DNA from: Acidimicrobiales bacterium
GTDB lineage: Bacteria > Actinomycetota > Acidimicrobiia > Acidimicrobiales > SZUA-35
Assembly: GCA_965262175.1 (NCBI GenBank)
Contig: CBDHES010000002.1
Location: forward strand, 2,981,490-3,045,489
Direction of reading: 5' to 3'
Length of the DNA stretch: 64,000 nt
Every line of letters begins with the position of its first letter. Position 1 is the first letter of the stretch. Both the position numbers and the translations under genes were made by a program. The notes below the pieces were generated by a model that saw only the letters and a list, made by a program, of their open reading frames with translations, was not told the DNA's origin and searched no databases. This document shows positions 27,937-37,329 of this stretch, piece after piece.

Positions 27937-29514
27937 TCACCGGGCGCAGTCGACATCGACCGGGCGGCTCCGGCTCCAGTTCCACCCCAGGGGGCCGTTC
28001 CCGCCCGAGGCGCCGTCGTCGGCGCACAGCCAGTCGGTGATCGCGTCCGGCCGGCCACCGAGGCGATGCCAGGGATAGTCGGCCACGACGGGGCGGGCGT
28101 CGGCCCCCAGCTCCCGGCGGATGTGGTCGATGTCGACCGGCGACTCGGCCGTCGCCCGCTCGAGGTTGACCTGCGCCACCCACCGCTCGGGGTTCGCCGC
28201 CCCGTAGCAGACGGCGAGCGCCGCCGCCGACAGCACGGCGGCGCTCGGCAGCCAGTTGCTCTCGGCGTGGACCCCGACCGATCGGGCGACCGACAGCACG
28301 GTCATGAGCGCCAGCCACGCCAGGAACGTGGCGACCGAGAGCCGGAGCATCGTCAACCCGAAGGCTCCGATGTAGAACCCGAGGCGGCTGTAGGAGGCGA
28401 CGGTCAGGGCGACGAGGGCCACCCCGACGACGAGCGCCGGGATCCGCTGGGCCCGGTCGACCGCCAGACCCTGACGGCCGACGAGTGACGATGCGTTGAC
28501 GACCATCAGCGCCACCGCGGCCGCCGCCACGAGCTGGAAGAAGCCTTGGCGGGCGTACTCGGCCGGGGTCACCCCCGCCGAGGCGATGATCGCCTCGGCG
28601 CTGCCGAGCACCACCGCCAGCTGGGTGGCGCACCAGACGGTCAGGACCGCCGCGGTGGCCCACAGCGCCACCAAGGCCTCGGTTCGATATCGGGGTTCGG
28701 TGGCGGCGTCATCGACCGGGTCGGCGGTGGCCCGACGGCTGACGAGCGCCAGCGCCGTGGCCGGGACCAGCAGCACCGCCACGAGGACGAGATGGCCGAT
28801 CCCGGTCGCCGGGTCGGCGCTGGCGACGACACCCCCGAAGGCGGCGTCGCCGCTGGCCAGCAGGGCGACGAGGACCATGACGACGACCGACGCCACCCCG
28901 CCGGCCCGGAGCCAGGTCCCCAGCCGGCCACCGGTGCGCTCGCCGACGGTCCGGCCGGCGACGACGAGCCAGCCCGGCGCGTCGAGGAGCGCGAACCATC
29001 CGTCGGTGACGGACCGGAGCCACGGTCGACGTTGATAGACCCGCAACCCGTCGGCGGCCAGCAACCCGACGAGCCCGGTCACCGCCACGATGACGACGCC
29101 GGTCACCCACGGTGAGTCCCGGAGTGCCAGCAGGGCGGCGGCCACGACGGCGAGCCCGGCTCCGACCCGTTGGACCAGCGTGCCCAGCCGCCCGGCGACC
29201 GCCAGCAACCCGACGGCGGCCCAGACGAGAAGCGTCCCACCGATCGACGAGGCCGGCCCCCGGATGGCGAGGTCACCGACGACCGCCACGGCGACCACCG
29301 CCGCGGCCAGGGCCGGTGTCCACGGCGGGCGGGGTCGGGCCGGCGCCGACTGGCGAGGGGCCGGGACCACCGGCGGTCGCCAACCGGGGGCGATCGGCCC
29401 CATCCCGGGTACCGAGCCCGGTCTCGGGCCGGGCAGGGGGGTGGCCCCGTCGGGAGGGGGTGGGGGCGGGGGCGTCCCGGGTTTCGAGGCGCGCTGAAGC
29501 TGAGGGTCGGGCAT
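27937..29514 (-). CDS. Polytopic membrane protein with a Pro-rich N-terminus (DUF4173/DUF4153-like)
   Basis: At least 10 predicted TM segments, a Pro-rich N-terminus and a soluble Cys-containing C-terminal tail. The family call is from memory only. Confidence 0.5.
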   Translation of the reverse strand: MPDPQLQRASKPGTPPPPPPPDGATPLPGPRPGSVPGMGPIAPGWRPPVVPAPRQSAPARPRPPWTPALAAAVVAVAVVGDLAIRGPASSIGGTLLVWAAVGLLAVAGRLGTLVQRVGAGLAVVAAALLALRDSPWVTGVVIVAVTGLVGLLAADGLRVYQRRPWLRSVTDGWFALLDAPGWLVVAGRTVGERTGGRLGTWLRAGGVASVVVMVLVALLASGDAAFGGVVASADPATGIGHLVLVAVLLVPATALALVSRRATADPVDDAATEPRYRTEALVALWATAAVLTVWCATQLAVVLGSAEAIIASAGVTPAEYARQGFFQLVAAAAVALMVVNASSLVGRQGLAVDRAQRIPALVVGVALVALTVASYSRLGFYIGAFGLTMLRLSVATFLAWLALMTVLSVARSVGVHAESNWLPSAAVLSAAALAVCYGAANPERWVAQVNLERATAESPVDIDHIRRELGADARPVVADYPWHRLGGRPDAITDWLCADDGASGGNGPLGWNWSRSRPVDVDCAR

Positions 29515-29576
29515 GAGGCTCCCTTCGTTCCCCGCCGGCTCCGCATCGGCCGGCGGGGGTGTCGTGCTGGGTCGGG

Positions 29577-30596
29577 TCAGTCGGGTGGACGGGCGGGCAG
29601 GGTCACGGTGACGCAGGCGCCCCGCGGCTTGTTCGACGTGATGCCGATCGTGCCCCGGTGGCGATCGACGATTCGCTTGCAGATGGCAAGGCCCAACCCG
29701 GCGCCGCCCCCGCCGGTCGGGGCGGAGCCGTCGGCCTGCCAGAACCGCTCGAAGACCCGGGCCTGATCCTGGGGGGCGATCCCGGGTCCGTGATCTCGGA
29801 CCCGGACCATGACGTCGTCGTCCCGTCCCTCCGCTTCGACGACGACCTCGCTCCCCATCGGAGCGAACCGGAGGGCGTTGCCCACAAGGTTGGTGAACAG
29901 CTGGTGGAGGCGGGCCTCGTCGGCCACGACGCCGAGCGGGCCGGCGGTGGTCAGGGTGATCAGCGAGGCCGGGTGGAGCAGCTCGGCCTCGTCGACGACT
30001 TGCTTGAGCACGACGCCGACCGCCACCAACTCGCCCGGCGGGGGCTCGGCCGGGCTCTCCAACCGGCTCAGGTCGAGGAGCTGGGTCACGAGCTTCGACA
30101 GGTGTTCGGCCTGGGCCAGCATGGTGGCCAGCGTCTCGGCGTCGGGCTCGGTCACGTGGTCGACCAGGTTCTCGAGATGGGATCGAAGGGCGGCGACCGG
30201 GGTCCGGAGCTCGTGGGAGGCGTTGGCCACGAACTCCTTCTGGGCCCGGTCGACCTCGGCCAGCTCGGCCGCCATCCGGTTGAACGATTCGGCCAGCTCG
30301 CCGACCTCGTCCCGGCTCGGGACCTCGACCCGCCAGTGGTAGTCACCCTTGGCCATCTGCCGGGCACCCCGGGCCATCTCCCGCAGCGGGGTGGTCAGCC
30401 CGTGGGCCAGGAACTGAACGGCGATCAGGGCCAGTGAGGCCGAGATGATCGGCCGGACCCACACCGGCCAACCGAGCAGGTAGCCGAGCTGGCTCATCAC
30501 CGCGGTCACGGCCACCGCGGCCACGATCACGATCGACCACTTGGTCTTGATGCTGGTCAGCCGATCCAGCGGGCGAGGGCGGCGAAGGTTGCTCAC
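29577..30596 (-). CDS. Sensor histidine kinase (TM-HAMP-HisKA-HATPase)
   Basis: H-box NASHELRTPVAAL, N-box LFTNLVGNALRF, and G-boxes DHGPGI / GGAGLGLAICK. Confidence 0.9.
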   Translation of the reverse strand: MSNLRRPRPLDRLTSIKTKWSIVIVAAVAVTAVMSQLGYLLGWPVWVRPIISASLALIAVQFLAHGLTTPLREMARGARQMAKGDYHWRVEVPSRDEVGELAESFNRMAAELAEVDRAQKEFVANASHELRTPVAALRSHLENLVDHVTEPDAETLATMLAQAEHLSKLVTQLLDLSRLESPAEPPPGELVAVGVVLKQVVDEAELLHPASLITLTTAGPLGVVADEARLHQLFTNLVGNALRFAPMGSEVVVEAEGRDDDVMVRVRDHGPGIAPQDQARVFERFWQADGSAPTGGGGAGLGLAICKRIVDRHRGTIGITSNKPRGACVTVTLPARPPD

Positions 30597-31294
30597 CGGT
30601 CGAGATCACCCAGGCTGTAGCCGATGCCGTGCACCGTGCGGATCAGGTCGTCGCTCGTCTTGCGGCGGATCGAGCGGATGTGGCTGTCGACGGTCCGGGC
30701 CATCGACCCCTCCCGGAAGCCCCAGACCTCCTCCAGCAGCTCGAGCCGGGTCCGGACCGCCCCGTCGGCCCGGTGGAGGGCGGCGAGGAGATCGAACTCG
30801 GTCGGGGTGAGGTGGACCGGACGTGACCGATGGCGGACGAGCCGGCGGTCGAGGTCGACGACCAACTCCTCGTGCTCCGGACGGTCGGCGGCACCGACCG
30901 GTGGTTCGGCGGCCCGACGGAGGACGGCCCGGACCCGGGCGGTGAGCTCCTTCATCGAGAACGGCTTGGTCAGGTAGTCGTCGGCGCCGAGCCCGAGACC
31001 GACGAGGAGGTCGGTCTCGTCATCCCGGGCGGTCAGCATGATGGTCGGGATCCGTCGGGTCCGCTGGAGTCGACGGCACACCTCGAGGCCGTCGAACCCG
31101 GGGAGATTGAGATCGAGCACCACGAGCGCCGGCTGGCGGTCGTCGGCGACCGCCACCGCGGTCGGGCCGTCCGCCGCCCAGAGGGCGTCGTACCCTTCCG
31201 ACCGAAGCCGGGACACCACCGCATCGGCGATGGACCGCTCGTCCTCCACGACCAGGATGGTGCACGAGTCGCCAGCGCGAACCGTTCCACTCAC
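30593..31294 (-). CDS. Response regulator, OmpR/PhoB family
   Basis: ILVVEDE...LVVLDLNLPGFDG...TARDDE receiver domain and a winged-helix C-terminus (LTPTEFDLL...VDSHIRSIRRK). GTG start at 31294. 4-nt overlap with the kinase gene. Confidence 0.88.
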   Translation of the reverse strand: MSGTVRAGDSCTILVVEDERSIADAVVSRLRSEGYDALWAADGPTAVAVADDRQPALVVLDLNLPGFDGLEVCRRLQRTRRIPTIMLTARDDETDLLVGLGLGADDYLTKPFSMKELTARVRAVLRRAAEPPVGAADRPEHEELVVDLDRRLVRHRSRPVHLTPTEFDLLAALHRADGAVRTRLELLEEVWGFREGSMARTVDSHIRSIRRKTSDDLIRTVHGIGYSLGDLDR

Positions 31295-31394
31295 GTTGAC
31301 CAGCGTACGACAGGCGGGCCGGTGGTGTCCCCCGCGGTCTGTGGCCGAATTGTGTGGATTCGGTGCAACTCGTGCCGGTTCGGCCCGGCGGGAC

Positions 31395-32276
31395 ATGATA
31401 GCGAGCATGGCTATCGGACCGACCTGGACGATCGGCGACGTCACCGTCACCAGCATCATCGAGAGCGACCAGCACTGGAAGTGGGCCTGGCTCCTTCCCG
31501 ACGTGACCGACGAGACGGTCGAATCGGTGCCGTGGCTCCGACCCCACTTCGTCGATGAGAAGGGCAAGCTCATCCTTCGCATCCAGGCCCTGGTGGTCCG
31601 ATCCGGTGGACTGACCATCGCGGTCGACACCTGCGTCGGGAACGACAAGGACCGGCCGTCGCCGCTGTTCGACAAGCTCCAGACGTCGTTCCTCGACGAC
31701 CTGACCGGGGCCGGCTACCCACCCGACACCATCGATCGTGTCGTGTGCACCCACCTCCACGTCGACCACGTCGGCTGGAACACCCACCTCGTCGACGGGG
31801 AGTGGATCCCCACGTTCCCCAACGCCCGCTACCTGATGGGCTCGGTCGAGTACGAGCACTGGTCGAACGAGGGGGAGTCGATCTACGGGAACGTGATGGA
31901 GGACTCGGTCGAGCCGGTGCGGGCCGCCGGCCTCGTCGACCTCGTCGACTCCGACCACCGGATCACCGACGAGGTCTGGCTCGAGCCGACCCCGGGCCAC
32001 ACCCCCGGCCATCAGAGCGTCCGGATCTCGTCGGGCGGGGCCGGAGCGGTCATCACCGGCGACATGGTCCACCACCCGATTCAGCTCCACCGGGTCGATC
32101 TCGCCTCCAGCGCCGACATCGACTCGGCGGCCGCGGTGGCGATGCGGCGGGATCGGTTCGCAGCGTGGGCGGCCGACGAGCTGCTGGTGATCGGCACCCA
32201 CTTCGCCGGTCCCGGTGCGGGCCGACTCCGCCCGGTTGGCGACGGCGCCGAGGGCGACTGGTTCTACGACTGCTGA
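31395..32276 (+). CDS. MBL-fold metallo-hydrolase
   Basis: HxHxDH motif (CTHLHVDHVGW), plus TPGHTPGH. The start is ATG 31395 or 31407. The upstream part of ORF 31038 is junk. Confidence 0.8.
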   Translation: MIASMAIGPTWTIGDVTVTSIIESDQHWKWAWLLPDVTDETVESVPWLRPHFVDEKGKLILRIQALVVRSGGLTIAVDTCVGNDKDRPSPLFDKLQTSFLDDLTGAGYPPDTIDRVVCTHLHVDHVGWNTHLVDGEWIPTFPNARYLMGSVEYEHWSNEGESIYGNVMEDSVEPVRAAGLVDLVDSDHRITDEVWLEPTPGHTPGHQSVRISSGGAGAVITGDMVHHPIQLHRVDLASSADIDSAAAVAMRRDRFAAWAADELLVIGTHFAGPGAGRLRPVGDGAEGDWFYDC

Positions 32277-32331
32277 GCGCCCGCGGGCTCGACGGCCGCA
32301 GACCGGGACGAGAGCTGGGCGGCGCCCGGGG

Positions 32332-32583
32332 TCAGGGTCGTCCGCCGTGGCGCCGCATCGGGGGGACCGTCGTCGGCGGCTGCTTGCGGGGTGGGAGCTC
32401 GGTCAGCAGGTCGGCCGTCGCGGCGGTGATCGTCGCCACGGCCCTCTCGAAGACCTCCTCGGTGGCGGCGGTCGGGTGACGGATCCCGCTGATCTTGCGG
32501 ACGTACTGCCTCGCTCCGGCCTCGATCTCGGCCGGGGTGGCCGCCGGTTCGAGGCCACGGAGGATCGTGATGTTTCGGCACAT
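32332..32583 (-). CDS. DUF2277-like small protein
   Basis: MCRNITILRGLEPAATPAEIEAGARQYVRKISG matches the MCRNI... N-terminus I recall for this family. Confidence 0.55.
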   Translation of the reverse strand: MCRNITILRGLEPAATPAEIEAGARQYVRKISGIRHPTAATEEVFERAVATITAATADLLTELPPRKQPPTTVPPMRRHGGRP

Positions 32584-32633
32584 CGCCCCAGTCTCGCAAG
32601 CCGGAGCGGTCGGCACCCGCCGTGGGGCGCCCT

Positions 32634-33485
32634 TCAGCGGTCGGTCGGAGCCTGCGACTCGACGTAGGCCAGCACGTCGTCGACCGGGCGGTGGTGGCCG
32701 GGCTGAACGATCAGGCGGTCAACGCCAGCCGCTCCGTAGGCCTCCCGTTCCCCGGCTGCCAGTCGTCGGGGAGGGGTGATGCTGATCTCCAGCTCGCCCA
32801 GCTCCTCGGGACGATCGCAGGTCTCAAGGAGCCGACGGAGGCGGGCGACGTCGTCGGTGGCGGTGTCCAGGTCCCGCATGAAGCCGTACCAGCCATGGGC
32901 GGTCTCGACCGCCCGCCGCAGCGCCCGGTCGCTGTGACCGCCGACGACGACCGGGATCGGTCGGGCCGGCTTGGGGTTGGCGGTGACCGATCGGAACGAC
33001 ACGAACTCCCCGTCGAACGACGCCGCGTCGGTCGTCCACAACAGGCGCATGGCCCGGAGGTACTCGTCGGCCCGGACGCCGCGCCGGCCGAGCGGCACCC
33101 CGCAGGCCGTCATCTCCGGTTCGAGGTAGCCGACGCCCAAGCCGAACAGGAGCCGGCCCCCGCTGAGGTGGTCGAGGCTGGCCAGGCTCTTGGCCAGCAC
33201 CGCCGGCTGGCGCTGGGGGAGGATGATGATCCCCGTCCCGAGCTTGATCGTCGAGGTGGCGGCGGCAACGTAGGCCAGGGCGACGGCCGAGTCGACGAAG
33301 TCGGTCTCGGGGGCGGCCGGCGACGGCGGCGCCTGGGGATCGGGGAGGACGATGTGCTCGCCGGTCCACACCGACTCGTAGCCCAGCTCCTCGGCCCGGC
33401 GGGCGACCCGGACCATCACATCGGGGTCGGCCATGGATCCCATGTTGATGCCGAACAGGGCGAGGGACGGGAGGGTCGTGGTCAT
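32634..33485 (-). CDS. Luciferase-like monooxygenase family (probable F420-dependent) oxidoreductase
   Basis: The LLM-type TIM barrel pattern (GYESVWTGEHIVLP...LDHLSGGRLLFGLGVGY) is typical of this family. Confidence 0.75.
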   Translation of the reverse strand: MTTTLPSLALFGINMGSMADPDVMVRVARRAEELGYESVWTGEHIVLPDPQAPPSPAAPETDFVDSAVALAYVAAATSTIKLGTGIIILPQRQPAVLAKSLASLDHLSGGRLLFGLGVGYLEPEMTACGVPLGRRGVRADEYLRAMRLLWTTDAASFDGEFVSFRSVTANPKPARPIPVVVGGHSDRALRRAVETAHGWYGFMRDLDTATDDVARLRRLLETCDRPEELGELEISITPPRRLAAGEREAYGAAGVDRLIVQPGHHRPVDDVLAYVESQAPTDR

Positions 33486-33642
33486 GGGGCGAACCTAGTC
33501 GCCCGGTAACGCCGGTCGCACCTGGGCCCATCACCACCACTATGCGACAAAGATCGACGGTCAACTACGCTCATGAGCGGTAGTTTGGGTTGATTTCGAT
33601 TCTTGCCTCTCGGGCGCACGAACGGGGTGAATCCCTGCGATC

Positions 33643-34017
33643 ATGGCCGTCATGAGCATCGCCCGCCGGATGTCAGAACCGGTCACGGCCCCGGCCCGCC
33701 GCATCGTCACGCACTATGTCGGCTTCTTCGAGGACCTGATCCACGCCGTCAAGTCCGAGCTGGTCGCCAAGATCGACGGGATCTCGTCCCGCCTCGACGA
33801 TCTCGACCGCTCGGTTGCCACCAGCCACCAGAGCATCTCCGATCAGATCGCGGTCCAGGCCGCGACGATCCGCAACCTCAGCGCCGAGGTCGAGCGACTC
33901 CAAGCTCTCGCCGCCCGCCTCGAAGCGGCCCAGGTGGCGGTCGAGCTCGACGCCGATCGTCGAGCCGAGACCACCATCGACGTCGCCCGAGAGGCCGCCG
34001 CCCCGGTCGGCGCGTGA
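33643..34017 (+). CDS. Small predicted coiled-coil protein, translationally coupled to the glycosyltransferase fusion
   Basis: Heptad-like helical sequence (LVAKIDGISSRLDDLDRSVATSHQSISDQIAVQAATIRNLSAEVERLQALAARLEAAQ). Its stop overlaps GTG 34014 of the next gene (GTGA). Confidence 0.55.
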   Translation: MAVMSIARRMSEPVTAPARRIVTHYVGFFEDLIHAVKSELVAKIDGISSRLDDLDRSVATSHQSISDQIAVQAATIRNLSAEVERLQALAARLEAAQVAVELDADRRAETTIDVAREAAAPVGA

Positions 34018-37000
34018 CCGTCGTCTACGACCTGCTCGGGGTCCAGAGCAGGGACCACGGCGAGCGGGGCATCGCCCGCTACGTCCTCCAGCTCGGGCTG
34101 GCGATCGAGCGCCGGCGGCCGGGCCTGATCGACCAGTTCCTGATGCACCCCGGCCTCCCGCTCCCGGCGAGCGCGGAAGCGTTGATCGCCACCGGCCGGG
34201 TGATCCGGACCGATGAGCGACGACACGAGCGGACCCCGATGGCGGGCGGGGTGTTCATCGCCGGCTCGCCGTTCGAGGCGTTCCACTTCACCTCGGACCA
34301 CATCCTCCCCGACTACGCCCGAGGCCCGGCCTGGCGCCGATTGGCCGTCGTCCACGACGTGATCCCCGGCCTGTTCCCCGAGCTCTACCTGCAGACCATC
34401 GAGAACAAGCACTACTACCAGGCCCGACTGAACGCGCTCCGCAGCTTCGACCGGTTCGTGACCAACTCGGTCGCCACCCTGGACGACACCATCGAGATGC
34501 TCGACCTCGACCGATCAGAGCTGACGGTGATCGGGGGCGGGGCCGACGCCCGGTTCCGACCTCCAGCGGCCGGTCACGAGGCGACGGCGGCCGCCCTGAT
34601 CACCGAGGGCGTCATCGACGGCCTGGCGCCCGAGTACGTGCTGTTCCCGACGGGGATGGACCCCCGCAAGAACATCGAACGGATGATCCACGCCTATGGC
34701 CGGCTCCCGTCCGCGCTCCGCCGACGCCACCAGCTCGTGCTGGTGTGCCGGCTGAGTGAGCCCGACCTGGAGATCGTGATGGGTTGGGCAGCCGAGGCCG
34801 GCCTGGGCGACGAGCTCCTGATCACCGGCTACGTCGACGACGACACGCTGTGCCGCCTCTACCAGGGCGCCCACCTGGTCGTGTTCCCCTCCTACTACGA
34901 GGGGTTCGGCCTCCCGGCGCTCGAGGCCATGCGGTGCGGGGCCCCGGTGATCTGCGCCGACGCCACGTCCCTGATCGAGGTCCAGCCCCTGGCCGAAGCC
35001 CGGTTCGATCCGCTCGACATCGACGACATCGCCGACGCCGTCCGGCGGGCGTTGGCCGACGGGGAGCTCCGGCACCGGCTCCGGACCCAGGAGCTGCCCC
35101 CCTTCACCTGGGAGGTGGCCGCCGACCGGACCGCGGCCGTCGTCGACGAGCTGCTGGCCGAGTTGGACGACCGACGGATCGAGATCGGTCCGGCCAGGCC
35201 GTCGCTGGCGGTGTTCAGCCCGCTGCCCCCGCAGCAGACCCCGGCCGCGTCCTACACCTACCGGATGGTCGAGGCTCTCCGCCGGCGGTGCGACGTCACC
35301 GTGTTCGTCGATACCCACCCCTCACACGTGTGGGCCCCCGAAGGGGTCTCGATCGAGCCGGTCAAGAACTACGGCCCGCTGACCGCCAGCGGCGCCGCGT
35401 TCGACCAGACCCTCTACGTCCTCGGCGACAACCTCCTCCACATCGCCGCCTACCAGGCGCTGCGGGAGCACCCGGGACCGGTCCTGTTCTTCGATCCCCA
35501 GCTCACCGAGCTGTTCGGCGAGGCCCGCCGGGCAGCCCCCGAGCTCCTCCGGGGCCCGACGGTCGGTTCGACGCTGGCCCACCTCTACCCCGGCCGCTAC
35601 CGGGTGGAGGTCGAGGCGATGGAGGCGATCCCGCCGGCGAGCGCCGCCCGGTTCGGGATCCTGATGGCCGCCGAGGCGGCGGAGCTGGCCCGACCGGCGC
35701 TGGCCCACGCCGACCACACCACCCGACTGCTCGCCCTCGACACCGGGGTGGAGGTCGAGCACCTCGGCCCGATCCCGTGCCCCGATGCCGTCGAGCGGGT
35801 GCCACCGCCGGAGCCGACCGACGGGGCAGCGATGATCGTCTCGTTCGGCATGGTGACCCCGGCCCGCCAGCCGGAACGGCTGATCGAAGCGATGACCGCG
35901 GTGCACCGCACGTCGCCGGCGGCCCGGCTCCGGTTCGTGGGCCCCGTCGAGGCCGGCTACCGGGCCGAGCTGGAGCAGCTCATCGTCACCCGCGGTCTGG
36001 GCGACGCCGTCGAGCTGACCGGACCGGTCGACAACCGGACGCTCGGCGTCTTCCAGCGGGAGGCGACGATCGCCGTGCAGCTGACGACGACCGGCGACAC
36101 CGAGACCGCCGCCGAGGTGGCCCAGCTCCTGGCCCTCGGCGTCCCCACCGTCACCACCGGCGCCGGGCCGTTGACCGAGATCCCGGCCGACGCCATCACC
36201 CGCGTCGTCCCCGACGTGGTCGGTGCCGAGCTGGCCGAGACGATCACCGGGCTGCTCCTCGACACCGATCGGCGGAACGAGGTCGTGGCCGCCGGCCTGG
36301 CCTTCGCTCGGTCGACGACGTTCGACGTCGCCGCCGACCGCCTGTTCGAGATCCTCTTCATCGACCCCGAGACCCGACTGGAGGCCGAGATGGACGAGCT
36401 GCTGGCCCCGATCCGTACCGCCCAGGACGAGACCCGACGTGAGCTCGCCGTCGTCCGCAACGGTCAGGCCGCCTACGTCGGCGACGACCAGATCCTCACC
36501 CGGCTGTTCACCGGCCAGAAGATCTTCCTCGACAGCCGCGACATCTCGCTGACGCCGGCCCTCGTCCTCGATGGCCGGTGGGAGCCGGAGACGACCGAGG
36601 TCCTGCTGCGACTCGTCCGTCCGGGCGACACGGTGATCGACATCGGGGCCAACGTCGGCTACTTCGGGATCATCGCCGGGACCCGCCTCGATCGGTCCCA
36701 GGGGGCGTCCATCCATCTCATCGAGGCCAACCCCCGGTTGGCCACGCTGGCCTTCAAGTCGCTCAACGTGACCGGTCTGGTCGGGATGGCCACGGTGACC
36801 AACGCCGCGGTGAGCGACGACGAGGGCCAGCTCGACCTCCACGTGCCCGGATCGGGGCTGTGGGGCAGCGCGTTCATCGATTCGCTCGACGACGTGTTCA
36901 AGACCGAGATCGAGACCGCCTTGGGTGGCGAGCTCCAACTCGACGATGTCGTGTCCGTGCCATCGCTGACCCTCGACGCCTTCACCGAGGCCCGCTCGAT

Positions 37001-37301
37001 CGACCGGGTCGACCTGATCAAGATGGACATCGAGGGCCACGAGGAGAGGGCCTACGGCGGGATGCGACGGGTGATCGAGGCGAACCGCGACCGTCTCCGG
37101 CTGCTGATGGAGTTCTCCGGCGGCCAGTACCAGGACCCGTTCGGGTTCTTCGATGCGATCCGCGACGACTTCAAGCAGGTCGTCATCATCGAGCCCGGCA
37201 CCGGTGAGCTGATCGAGGCCACCAGCTACGCCGACGTCGCGGCCCGGTCCGAACCGGGCTTCGCCATGTTGTTGGCCACCAACTCCGGCCTCCCCAGCTG
37301 A
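34014..37301 (+). CDS. Trifunctional-type glycan synthase: GT4 glycosyltransferase, second GT4-like domain and FkbM-family methyltransferase
   Basis: Domain 1 has an EX7E motif (YYEGFGLPALEAM). Domain 2 has a GT-B-like layout (MIVSFGMVTPARQPERL...LRFVGP...LALGVPTV). The C-terminus has FkbM motifs (VIDIGANVGYFG...IKMDIEGHE). The first 137 codons of ORF 33603 are junk in this frame. Confidence 0.75.
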   Translation: MTVVYDLLGVQSRDHGERGIARYVLQLGLAIERRRPGLIDQFLMHPGLPLPASAEALIATGRVIRTDERRHERTPMAGGVFIAGSPFEAFHFTSDHILPDYARGPAWRRLAVVHDVIPGLFPELYLQTIENKHYYQARLNALRSFDRFVTNSVATLDDTIEMLDLDRSELTVIGGGADARFRPPAAGHEATAAALITEGVIDGLAPEYVLFPTGMDPRKNIERMIHAYGRLPSALRRRHQLVLVCRLSEPDLEIVMGWAAEAGLGDELLITGYVDDDTLCRLYQGAHLVVFPSYYEGFGLPALEAMRCGAPVICADATSLIEVQPLAEARFDPLDIDDIADAVRRALADGELRHRLRTQELPPFTWEVAADRTAAVVDELLAELDDRRIEIGPARPSLAVFSPLPPQQTPAASYTYRMVEALRRRCDVTVFVDTHPSHVWAPEGVSIEPVKNYGPLTASGAAFDQTLYVLGDNLLHIAAYQALREHPGPVLFFDPQLTELFGEARRAAPELLRGPTVGSTLAHLYPGRYRVEVEAMEAIPPASAARFGILMAAEAAELARPALAHADHTTRLLALDTGVEVEHLGPIPCPDAVERVPPPEPTDGAAMIVSFGMVTPARQPERLIEAMTAVHRTSPAARLRFVGPVEAGYRAELEQLIVTRGLGDAVELTGPVDNRTLGVFQREATIAVQLTTTGDTETAAEVAQLLALGVPTVTTGAGPLTEIPADAITRVVPDVVGAELAETITGLLLDTDRRNEVVAAGLAFARSTTFDVAADRLFEILFIDPETRLEAEMDELLAPIRTAQDETRRELAVVRNGQAAYVGDDQILTRLFTGQKIFLDSRDISLTPALVLDGRWEPETTEVLLRLVRPGDTVIDIGANVGYFGIIAGTRLDRSQGASIHLIEANPRLATLAFKSLNVTGLVGMATVTNAAVSDDEGQLDLHVPGSGLWGSAFIDSLDDVFKTEIETALGGELQLDDVVSVPSLTLDAFTEARSIDRVDLIKMDIEGHEERAYGGMRRVIEANRDRLRLLMEFSGGQYQDPFGFFDAIRDDFKQVVIIEPGTGELIEATSYADVAARSEPGFAMLLATNSGLPS

Positions 37302-37329
37302 CCGCCCGATCCGTACCAGGAGACCTACC

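Noticed and set aside
33603-34013. The ATG at 33603 as the start of a 1232-aa version of the glycosyltransferase fusion.
   Set aside because: The first 137 codons in that frame are Arg/Pro-rich junk. They overlap a better-behaved coiled-coil ORF (33643..34017) whose stop overlaps GTG 34014, and the GT4 domain sequence begins right after that GTG.
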